A stretch of 24,802 bases of DNA from Gloeobacterales cyanobacterium (GTDB lineage: Bacteria > Cyanobacteriota > Cyanobacteriia > Gloeobacterales > PMM-0068). The stretch covers positions 1-24,802 of the forward strand of contig JBBRSB010000043.1 in NCBI GenBank assembly GCA_038245785.1, written 5' to 3'. This document shows positions 8,119 through 16,647 of the stretch, piece by piece. Below the pieces are notes generated by a model that saw only the letters and a program-made list of their open reading frames with translations, was not told the origin of the DNA and made no database searches. Position numbers and translations under genes: made by a program. Positions within the stretch are counted from its first letter, which is position 1, and each line of letters begins with the position of its first letter.

Positions 8119-9201
8119 ATGGCAGCGAAAAAGAAGGGGAGTTTTCCGGTAGACGGTCAACTTTTGATGATTCTTCCACGGGCTGGGTCCACACTGCGGA
8201 ACCATGATGTAAATCTGCCAGAACTGCGTTTGGATACCGATGGGTACTACATCGAGATAAAAATTAATGCAGATCCAGAAAACCCTGAAGAAGTCGAGGT
8301 AACTCGGCGTATTCCCTTAGATAATTGTTCAGAAGAGGAGCTGCAAACTCTGCAAACACAGTTTACTAATTTAGAACTTGAATCCTGTGTAGAAAAAGGG
8401 GTGAAAAAAACTCTAGAGAATATTGAAGATCGTAAGCTCCAGTGACTTTTGATAACGCTCATGACCTTCCTAAACCCTAGGCAGGTAGCCATTGTTTTCT
8501 ACCTCTATAAAGAGCTTGCAAGGCAGCAGAGTGATTCTTCTGTGTATTTCCGCTCTAATGAACTTTTAGAGTGGCTAGGATATAAACGACAAAAGGATGG
8601 TAGCTTTCCAGCACTCATTCGTTCTCAGGTCAATCAAGACTTAGTGGCGCTTCATCGCATGGAATTAGTTTATGCTCAGGCTCTAAAAAATGGCAACAAT
8701 CTGGGTGCGAAGATTATGGTTAAAACCATCTTGCGTATTCAGGACTATGAGATCGATAATGTGCCCAGAGATTTCAATTTAACAAAAGCTGCTGATTATA
8801 CTTTTGAGCTAGCAGACTCTTACACTGTCATGCTGGGATTCCTTAGTGGCTTGAAGGGCAAGGATGCGCACGTTCTATTCCCAGACTCGATTAAAATCTT
8901 GCAGGAGAACGGTGCTCAACCACAAAGGGACTATAGGACCAGGCTTCTCAGCTACATCACTAGCCGAATGGAGTGGGAATCTTTAACTGATGGCCAATAT
9001 CTAGTAATTTCAAAAAGGTATATTTTTAAAAATTTAGATCTTCTGGGTAGTAATGTATCTCGCAACAACAAAATTTTTTGGGATGCTGTTGAAGAATTGA
9101 AAAAAGAAGGCTATATACTCAATGCCCAAGAACTAATAGTTGAGAAAAAATGACCCAGTATCCAATTTCAAATAAATTCAGAAATGCTTAGCCGTTCATA
9201 G
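8119..9201 (+). pseudogene. About 360-aa putative plasmid replication or DNA-binding protein interrupted by in-frame TGA at 8443-8445 and 9151-9153
   Basis: ORFs 8119-8445 and 8449-9153 share a frame. Read-through ends at TAG 9199-9201, abutting the convergent gene's stop at 9202. Winged-helix-like segments (FRSNELLEWLGY; FWDAVEELKKEGYI). The Rep function is inference only. Confidence 0.6.
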
Positions 9202-9570
9202 TCACTTAGCCAGACATTCGGGAACTTCTAAACTCCATCTTCCAGGCTTAATTATCCAGCCTTTAGTCTCTAGTTCCACACGGAGATCTGCTAGTTGTTT
9301 ACGAGCTTTGGATGCCTTGGGACAGTGAAATTCTTCTTGCAAACTCTCTTGCTCATTCAGGCAGGTCACAGCTCTCTCAAGGAATATTTTGCAATAGGCC
9401 ACATGGTCATTCACAATCGCTGAAGCGACCGCATGGTATAAAGCTACGCCTCTTGAGCCATCTTGGTTAATTATTTCGCACACCATTTCCAGTCGGGTTA
9501 AACGCATCCCGCATTCTTCCAAGTGTTTTAGATACTCTTCGAGCTTCAAAAAACTGAGATATGATTCCAC
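9202..9570 (-). CDS. Hypothetical protein
   Basis: 122-aa ORF with GGAGG RBS upstream of the GTG start; no recognisable motif. Confidence 0.65.
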   Translation of the reverse strand: MESYLSFLKLEEYLKHLEECGMRLTRLEMVCEIINQDGSRGVALYHAVASAIVNDHVAYCKIFLERAVTCLNEQESLQEEFHCPKASKARKQLADLRVELETKGWIIKPGRWSLEVPECLAK

Positions 9571-10395
9571 TACCGTAAACCTCCAAAAAGCCTTAGCAAA
9601 TTTCCTTGGCCCAATCTTTGCAAAGTTGGCTACCCGTTTGGGTTGCGCTTATGTTCTACATATGTTCTGCTTTTGTTATGGAAACCTCCCAGTCTTTGCG
9701 TATGCAGAGGTCTCTGCAGTTGAGTTCATTTGGACAAACTGCTGCACAGAGAGCCTTTGCGCTGTTGGGGATGTCTCAGAGTGTATTTGTAGCTCAGCTA
9801 GGGATTAAGCATCAGCGGAGCATTGCACGTCAGTCCCTGAGCCGATATTTAAAGGGTGAGCGGGTTGAACGAGAGTTGTTTTGTATTTTGTGTACTGCTT
9901 TGAACCTTGAGGTTTCTGTAGTCATTGAGATTTCAGGGAAAGTTGATTGTGAACAGACAAATGGCCCTCAAACTTTCGATTACGTTCCAAAAGATCGTGA
10001 TGATTTTTATCATTACTATTCTCGCCAAATGTCTAATGCTAGAGTTGAGATTTGGCTTACGAGTGATGGGTTCAATATGGAAAATTTTATAAGTGCACAA
10101 TATGCTCAGATCATGATGCAGGGAATGACTCAAGCTTTAAGAAGGGGCGTAAAAATTCATCGATTCCAAATGCTTAGGACAATGCATCTGAACTGGATTC
10201 CGGAGTTGAAAAAACTTAAGCAGCAATTTGAAAAGTATTATTTTATCTATGTCAATCCAGCATTTGATGCTATTGAAAACTTTTGTGTTGTTGACCCTGG
10301 AACTCCCTATACTCTAACTGAAGCTATGTTTATAGCGATGGAGACACCTACAAAACAATATTCGGTTGCGGATATAGCTACGTTTTCACATGGAA

Positions 10396-11007
10396 ATGAA
10401 CAACCCAATCGCAGCAAGCTGCGGGGTATCTAAAGCGGAAACAACCGTATCTGTTGTGCTCTAGCTTTCTCTTCTTCGCTTCCCTGCTCTTGAATATACT
10501 TTTTAACAAGCGTTCGACTGAGCTCACGCCGAAGTCTCGCTGTTCACTCCGTCGCCAACCGTTCCAATGTAGCCACCATCGCTCCAAAATTCCCCACCCC
10601 ATAGCTGTTTACGGATTTCTGGAAATTGGATAAACATCTGCCGGGCACTAATACTTTCGAGAATCTGCATCACACGGGAGGGAGCATACTTTGGAGCTGC
10701 ACCAACAAACAGATGCACATGGTCTCCATCCGTACCCATCTCCTCCATCTCAAACCAATAGCGCTCTGCAATCTCTTTTAAAACCTGCTTCAAATACACG
10801 CACCGTTCCTCGACGGTTAACAAACGCTGACGATATTTGATGCAGAAAACCATGTGATACCGAATCTGATACACGCAATGACTCGCACGTTGGAGTTTCT
10901 CGCGTTCCGCTGCCGGACACATTGCCAGATTATAGGGCCGACCTCACGGTCAGCAGACTGCTTATCCCAATCGCAGCAAGCTGCGGGGTATGCGCAGTCG
11001 TTTCTAG
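10396..11007 (-). mobile_element. IS200-type element (tnpA only), 612 bp
   Basis: Subterminal hairpins ATACCCCGCAGCTTGCTGCGATTGGG at both ends. Inserted 3' of TTGAT (11012-11008) without a duplication; right end is TTCA(T). Confidence 0.88.
10430..10922 (-). pseudogene. tnpA: IS200/IS605 Y1 HUH transposase, inactivated by a 25-nt insertion
   Basis: HCVYQIRYHMVFCIKYR, DHVHL (HUH) and LWGGEFWSDG. The catalytic Tyr helix (VKKYIQEQG) lies beyond the insertion at 10511-10535, which introduces TGA and a frameshift. Confidence 0.9.
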
Positions 11008-11245
11008 ATCAACTATGGTCGCATCAATTTCTGAATCGATTTCAGATGATGCTTGAGCAAGATAATACAATCAATCTTTCTCTAGACTCACTAGATCAGC
11101 TTTACGATGACCTTTTAATAGAGCGAACTCAGAAAGTGGAACGATGGTGTCAAGTACATCATGTTTCTACTCTTGAAGAGTTGGCTAAAGGTACAGGTAT
11201 TTTTGACCAAGAGATATTAATACGATTCCACCAAAAGTACTCCTG

Positions 11246-12175
11246 ATGAAAAAAATATTGGTCATGTTCACTGGTGGCACCATCTCTCAAAAAGCAGAGG
11301 GTGGGAAAATGCGTGTTGCCTACACTAGTCAAGATCTGTTTATTAACATTGACACGGACATTGAATTAGAATTTGTCGATGTTTCTCAAGCTAACGGCGC
11401 GGAATTAAGGCTAGAGCAACTTTTCAACATAAGAGACTTAGTTTCTAAGCACTCTGACTGTGATGGATACTTGCTCGTTACCGGTACCGACTCTATGGAG
11501 GAAATCGCTTTTGGACTTGACTTGCTCATGGAGCCGAAAAAACCCTTTGTAATTTCTGGTGCGGCGAGGCCCACTGACATCCCCGGCTACGATGGGGAAG
11601 CCAATCTCCGAGCTGCCCTCGCTGTTTTGGAATCACCAGAAGCTCTTACTTTGGGTGTGCTCGTTGTGATGAACGACAATATTCACCCAGCCCGCTATCT
11701 ACGAAAACATGATTCCGCATTGATGGGCGCATTATTCCAGAGTCACCCTGGCCCAATAGCTCAAATTCGCAGTGGCAAACCGTTGTTTTATTACTGTGGA
11801 CTACCTCCAATAAAGCGTTTCACAAAGGCCCAGCGGGAAAAGGCAAGTAACCGCGTGATGATATGGACTATGACAGTAGACCCAATACTTCCCGAGGCCC
11901 TGCTAGAAGACCTCGATGGTTTGGTGCTTGCAGGTATGGGAACTGGCTCGATTTCTTTATCAATAGTTGAGCAACTTGCTCCAAAATGAACTTCTCAAAT
12001 TCCTGTTGTTATAACTTCCCGCTGTCCAGTAGGGCTAAATTACGATGACTACTACTACAAAGGGAGTCTTGAGAAATACGAAAGCAAAGGTTTCCGGATC
12101 CTAGAGTATGAAAAACTAAATCCACTCCAGGCTAGATTACAACTTATTTTGGAAATGGCTTCAGAGTTATCTTAA
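11246..12175 (+). pseudogene. L-asparaginase/glutaminase family protein with one in-frame TGA (11987-11989)
   Basis: FTGGTI and VTGTDSMEE (both catalytic Thr), RKHDS, GLVLAGMGTG. After the stop the frame continues as TSQIPVVITSRC...LNPLQARLQLIL to TAA 12173-12175. Confidence 0.88.
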
Positions 12176-12450
12176 AATTATCACCAGCTCCGAAGGGCCG
12201 ATGTCACTGCCAACTCATCTTCTGAGTTTATCTACATATTCTTACAACCCTCACCAGCCCAGTAAGCATGTCCGGCAGGTGCAGCCAAGAAGCTCATGTA
12301 GGGCCAGTGTCACATCGGACATATTACGATTAATTCGCCCTGCCTTACAACCCTCACCAGTGCCTAGGAACCAGTGTCACGTTATTTACCCAGGAACTTT
12401 CTTATTAATCATAACCCTTGCAGTCACCGATTCCTAAAACCTAGTGTCAC
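12171..12450 (-). CRISPR. Degenerate orphan CRISPR-like array B: four 37-nt repeats, three spacers (33, 30, 33 nt)
   Basis: Repeats at 12171-12207, 12241-12313 (37 nt plus 36-nt insertion), 12344-12380 and 12414-12450. Reconstructed minus-strand repeat: GTGACACTGGCCCTACTGGGCTGGTGAGGGTTGTAAG. Spacers are unique. Confidence 0.7.
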
Positions 12451-12613
12451 TTTCTATTGGAGCCACTGATATAAACAGGCTATAAGCCAATGCGCAAAAA
12501 TAAGTATTAATCTACTAACCTATGGACTCTATCCCTCTGTTTCAGTCAATGTACCCTCTCTAATTGAGCGAGCTGTTAGCAGCGCTACAACTAATGCTGA
12601 GGGAAAGTGCACT

Positions 12614-13003
12614 ATGGGCAATGCTTCCTATGCTAATTGGGTTATCACTAAAGGAACGGGAACGTTCAACGCCTGCATCAATGCTAAACGCGACGGTATT
12701 ATCAATGCTGAATACATGGGACAGTGGTTAGTCTGCCTATGGCATCATGCAATGCAGACCGCCAGCTTGCAGCGAGGGGAGTGGGATCTGGTGGAATGTG
12801 TGATCGCAACCCATAGCACCCCGTACGGCAATGCTCAACTAAGCGCGATTTCCAACTTGGTGGAGATTAACTTTGATGATCAGGCACAAACCCACAACAT
12901 TAATGTAGGCCATCCGCCAGAAGGGGTAACCCTAACACGACTGAGTGAGGCGATTAGCGGCCTACTGGCTGAGTATCCTCCAACGGTAAGCATGGCAGCT
13001 TAA
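12614..13003 (+). CDS. Hypothetical protein (may originally have started at ATG 12522 with a frameshift)
   Basis: 129-aa ORF; the frame is open upstream to about 12520. No motif recognised. Confidence 0.55.
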   Translation: MGNASYANWVITKGTGTFNACINAKRDGIINAEYMGQWLVCLWHHAMQTASLQRGEWDLVECVIATHSTPYGNAQLSAISNLVEINFDDQAQTHNINVGHPPEGVTLTRLSEAISGLLAEYPPTVSMAA

Positions 13004-13111
13004 GCTTTGACTCTTCTGCTTTGGAGCTGTTTCGTTTATATTATTGCTGCCAACGCAATTTTTGGAGATGGCTTCAGATCCGTACGTTAGTTGATAGGTT
13101 AGGTTTTTAAG

Positions 13112-14167
13112 ATGAGCGAACCGACGACTGAACAGACAGAGCGCAACTATCAGGCCATCGGCACGGTTGAGGGAATTCTAGAACTCTCGGATTCCTGTGC
13201 TCTACTGCATATGGGAGAGACTGCTTTTCCAGTATCTGTCTCTCCGCTAGTCCTGAAGAAGCATACCCCAGGACAGATACAGCGCTTTCGGGTATATCCA
13301 AAGCTATGGCAGGGGAAACCCAGCTTTTCCCTCGTCTGTGTAACCGAATCACCAGTCAGTCCCCTTGTGCTCAAGGGTTGCTGGCAAATCCATCAAGACT
13401 TGCCCTACCTGGTGATCTATCGGAATCAGATACGCAGCAAGAGAGATCAGAAGTTGTTTCATCTAGTGTCTGTCCAGTGGCCCGATGCCCCGAAGCCCAA
13501 TGGTAAATTCTGGGAGTTGGAAGCAGAAATCCGTGACGGCGCATTTATAGTGAACCGTGCCGAAGGCCCTTTCGCGCCACCCCCACGGGTAAAACCGCCA
13601 AACTTAGCTCATCAAAAATTCGGTAAAGGGGCAAAGCATCAAAAAACGAAGCCCCAGTTTACGAGTGAGTCCCCGCGTATAGTCAAACCCCAGCGGGTAG
13701 AAGCACAGGTCCAAGCAACTCCATTGACCGCTCAGGAGATCCGAAAGATGGCAATTCCCACCAAGATCCAAGTCACCTGCAAAATTTCAGAAGTCCCCCC
13801 TTGCCGAGAGCTGCCGTCGAAAGAGATTGAGTTTTTCTTAGCGGATGGGGACCGAATATTGAACGTGCGGATGAAGGCCAAGCAGTTCAGCAAGCTTACC
13901 CAACACGGGTTTGAGCAGTGGATAGCTGCTATTTCTGGAGAATTGGGACCAGCTACAGAATCAGGCTTCGAGTTGGTGAATGCGAGTATTCAGATTTTTG
14001 AGAAGTTATCTAAACCCAAAAGAGACTCAGAACCCGCTAGCGGAAAAATTCAAGAAGTCGCATCCGTTCCACACACCTCTTCAGCGCATCCACCTGAGCT
14101 GAAGGGAGAGGAGCAACCGAAAGAACGGCAGCGCAAAAATTTATTGTCCGGCGTCCGGTTGGCTTAA
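13112..14167 (+). CDS. Cyanobacterial plasmid protein with C-terminal 'FinO-like' domain
   Basis: YQAIG..G...FRVYP N-terminal domain, and KIQVTCKISEVP...W.AAISGELG..T..GFEL....IQIFEK C-terminal domain typical of this family. Confidence 0.75.
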   Translation: MSEPTTEQTERNYQAIGTVEGILELSDSCALLHMGETAFPVSVSPLVLKKHTPGQIQRFRVYPKLWQGKPSFSLVCVTESPVSPLVLKGCWQIHQDLPYLVIYRNQIRSKRDQKLFHLVSVQWPDAPKPNGKFWELEAEIRDGAFIVNRAEGPFAPPPRVKPPNLAHQKFGKGAKHQKTKPQFTSESPRIVKPQRVEAQVQATPLTAQEIRKMAIPTKIQVTCKISEVPPCRELPSKEIEFFLADGDRILNVRMKAKQFSKLTQHGFEQWIAAISGELGPATESGFELVNASIQIFEKLSKPKRDSEPASGKIQEVASVPHTSSAHPPELKGEEQPKERQRKNLLSGVRLA

Positions 14168-14268
14168 AGATTAGCAAGGTCGATGCTCTGGTCCCGCAGC
14201 CTCTGAGCGAAGCGTTCTAAGTTTTCACACAGTCTCGCGATCTGTTTGCACAAAAGGTATCCAGAATT

Positions 14269-15039
14269 CTATCTAGCGGTATAGCCCCCATCAATAATTA
14301 ACTCAGTGCCTGTAACAAATTTAGACTCATCCGACGCAAGATATAGCACGCCATAAGCAACATCATCTGGCTCTCCAACATGACCAATGGGATGGAGACT
14401 ATCAAGCTGCTTTCTGAATGTCTCAACTCCTGCCGGTGATTCTTTGGCTAGCTCCTCAACGAGCGGTGTCCAGATAAAGCCAGGATGTATGGAATTGACC
14501 CTTATGTTGTCCTTTGCATAAATCAGGGCGTCATTCTTGCTCATCATCCGAACTGCCCCTTTGGATGCATGGTAAGGAGGCAAGTCGGCAGCACCTATGA
14601 TTCCATAAATGGAAGACATGTTTATAATGCTTCCCCCACCGGACTTCTGCATCAACGGAATTGCCTGTTTAGTACAAAAGAACACACCGCTGACGTTCAC
14701 ACTTATGACTTTGTCCCATTCCTCCCTGGATATCTCATGGGTAGGTTTGTTCACCCCAGCGATACCAGCGTTGTTGATGAGTACGTCTAATGACCCAAAT
14801 TCATGAACAATGTCAGTGAAAACGCCGCCAACGCTGTCTTCGTTAGACGTATCAAGATGCCAGTATTTTGCTATTCCACCGAGTTCTTCGATTTTAGCTA
14901 CAACTTTCTGTCCTTCATCATCTTTTATGTCCGTTACAGCCACTTTTGCGCCTTCTCTAGCCAATAGCAGACAAGTTGCCTTACCTATTCCTGATGCGCC
15001 CCCAGTAATGACAGCGACCTTGCCTTCTACCCTTTTCAT
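14269..15039 (-). CDS. Classical SDR oxidoreductase (NAD-dependent; glucose-1-DH/hydroxysteroid-DH-like)
   Basis: TGGASGIG, NNAG, NMSS, YHASK, IRVNSIHPG, DGGY; AAGGA RBS. Confidence 0.95.
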   Translation of the reverse strand: MKRVEGKVAVITGGASGIGKATCLLLAREGAKVAVTDIKDDEGQKVVAKIEELGGIAKYWHLDTSNEDSVGGVFTDIVHEFGSLDVLINNAGIAGVNKPTHEISREEWDKVISVNVSGVFFCTKQAIPLMQKSGGGSIINMSSIYGIIGAADLPPYHASKGAVRMMSKNDALIYAKDNIRVNSIHPGFIWTPLVEELAKESPAGVETFRKQLDSLHPIGHVGEPDDVAYGVLYLASDESKFVTGTELIIDGGYTAR

Positions 15040-15062
15040 AATGGTTTCCTTTGGTATTTGAT

Positions 15063-15172
15063 CTTAAAACGACTGCGCATACCCCGCAGCTTGTGGCCCC
15101 TGAGCCGCGTCGTGTCCGGCAGGCGAAGCCGAGAAGGGCTGCGATTGGGATAAGCAGTCCGCCGACCGCGAC
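15063..15172 (+). mobile_element. Solo left end of the same IS200 family, with a 45-nt nested repeat in its hairpin
   Basis: TTGAT|CTTAAAACGACTGCGCATACCCCGCAGCTTG[15094-15138]CTGCGATTGGGATAAGCAGTC matches the reverse complement of about 10945-11007. Confidence 0.85.
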
Positions 15173-15217
15173 TTGATTAAATCGAGAGCTAAGCTTTTCG
15201 CTCTTCGAGTCTTTCTT

Positions 15218-16135
15218 CTACGCCGCCCCTGAACCCGACGGGCTCGCAGCGAGGGCGAACATCGCTGCACGAATAGCGGAGGCGGTCACAGCCGGTAGCT
15301 CCAGTTGGGGCGTGAGGCCCGTGTCGGGGATCACAGCGAAGTAGCGCACCGCAGGGGTCAGAGCCGCCAGACGTCTCCCGGTCTCAGGCGAAGCGTAGTT
15401 ATTTTTTTCGCCCCACAAAAAGGCGGTGGGCACAGAAAGCTTCGGCAGGTAGGCGGCCAGGTCCAAGCTCAGGTTGCCCTTGAGAAATGAGAAAGCGGCG
15501 TAGCGGGCGTTAGGCTGGCGTGCTGACTCATAGTAGGCGTCCACCATCTCCTCGCTGATGCGCCGAGGGTTAGCAAACAGGACCCGCTCCATATAGGCGC
15601 GGATGGTGGTACGGTTCTGGATGCCTTGGTCGTATAGGAACTGGTTGAGCAAAGCGATGGAGTCCACCCACCCGAACAGGCTGCCGTTGTAGGGGCGTCC
15701 AAAATCGGACAGGCCACTGGGGTTGACCAACACCAGGTGCTCGCCCAGTTCTGGCTGTTCCGTGGCCTCCCACACACTCAAAGCGGCCACCAGGGTGGCA
15801 GCAATAATGGTCGGGCGCGCTGCACCAGTGTTCTTGATGAACTCGCGGATGGCCGTGCGGTAGATCCCGGCGGTGTATTCAAACGGCTGGTGTTCGGAGT
15901 AGCCCCAGCCAGGCAGGTCAGGCGCCAGCACCCGGTACTCGGCGCTGAAAGTCGGGTAGACTCGGGACCACTCGAACGAAGAGGAGCCGCCACCAAAAGT
16001 GTGTAGGAACACCAGCGTACCGGTTGCATCCCGGCTCTGAGGCATGGCCTCGTAGTAATTGATCTTCCCGACAGTGGTGGCAACGTTGCACCGCTCAAAC
16101 CCGGGCGGCTGGAAAAGAGTATTCGAATCGCTCAT
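15218..16135 (-). CDS. Alpha/beta hydrolase-fold protein (cyanobacterial family, atypical catalytic residues)
   Basis: LVFLHTFGGGSS, VLAPDLPGWG, PTAFLWG. No GxSxG. Visibly more GC-rich than its flanks. Confidence 0.88.
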   Translation of the reverse strand: MSDSNTLFQPPGFERCNVATTVGKINYYEAMPQSRDATGTLVFLHTFGGGSSSFEWSRVYPTFSAEYRVLAPDLPGWGYSEHQPFEYTAGIYRTAIREFIKNTGAARPTIIAATLVAALSVWEATEQPELGEHLVLVNPSGLSDFGRPYNGSLFGWVDSIALLNQFLYDQGIQNRTTIRAYMERVLFANPRRISEEMVDAYYESARQPNARYAAFSFLKGNLSLDLAAYLPKLSVPTAFLWGEKNNYASPETGRRLAALTPAVRYFAVIPDTGLTPQLELPAVTASAIRAAMFALAASPSGSGAA

Positions 16136-16252
16136 GGCTAGGCTCTTCGCTTCTTGCTTCAAGTATGACAGGGATGAGGTAACCCGAGTAAATAGGGCTA
16201 ACTATTGGTTCTAAGACTTCTGTGATCCAGTTTTTGGGATATAGATGTGAAT

Positions 16253-16520
16253 TCCGGAAAAGATGGCAATTCCTACAAAAATCCAAGTCACCTGCAAAAT
16301 TAATTAAGTCCCCCCTTGCCGAGAGCTTCCGTCTAAAGAGATTGAGTTTTTCCTAGCAGATAGGGACCGAATATTGACAGTGCGCATGAAGGCAAAGCAT
16401 TTCAGCAAGCTTACCCAACACGGGTTTGAGCAGTGGGTAGCTGCTATTTCTGGAGAGCTAGGGCCAGCTACAGAAACAGGCTTCGAGCTGGTGAATGCGA
16501 ATATTCAGGTCTTCGAGAAG
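16253..16520 (+). pseudogene. Partial diverged duplicate of the FinO-like C-terminal domain (copy of about 13740-14003)
   Basis: MAIPTKIQVTCKIN*VPPCRELPSKEIEFFLAD...QVFEK, with TAA at 16305-16307 where the intact copy has GAA. Confidence 0.88.
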
Positions 16521-16530
16521 CAGCGTAAAG

Positions 16531-16647
16531 TGGCCTCTGTGTCCGGCACAAGGTACTGCGCTCCGTAGGAGCATTGACGAAGTACCGCGCCCCGTAGGGG
16601 CATTGAGGCGGTAGGCAGTAGGCGGAGCCGACAGCTATGTCGAGGGG
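16531..16647. repeat. Three-level nest: 24-mer > 21-mer > 72-nt insert containing two tandem ~27-nt hairpin units
   Basis: TGGCCTCT[GTGTCCGGC(16548-16619)AGGCGGAGCCGA]CAGCTATGTCGAGGGG. The insert contains GTACTGCGCTCCGTAGGAGCATTGA and GTACCGCGCCCCGTAGGGGCATTGA. Confidence 0.8.

Larger units (their letters stand above)
9678..11246 (+). pseudogene. HTH plus putative effector/PLD-like-domain protein (318 aa reconstructed), interrupted by an IS200 element
   Basis: N-terminal cyanobacterial XRE-like HTH (RSLQLS..G...GMSQ...RQSLSRYLKGERV..F..LCTALNL). Removing 10396-11007 rejoins SHG-N-QLWSHQFL in frame. The stop overlaps the asparaginase start (TGATG). Confidence 0.75.

Noticed and set aside
12208..12413. 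Self-targeting of spacers within the window
   Set aside because: Only short matches of about 10 nt or gapped matches were seen by eye, consistent with chance. A proper search is still needed.
12614..14167. Genes beside array B as cas genes
   Set aside because: No Cas1/2/4/6, RAMP or RuvC motifs were recognised. The 351-aa protein matches a common plasmid FinO-like family. The 129-aa ORF is unknown and still merits a structure search.
15064..15270. 68-aa ORF sharing SADCLSQSQ...AAGYAQSF with ORF 10854..11246
   Set aside because: The shared peptide is the translated IS200 left end, not a protein family.
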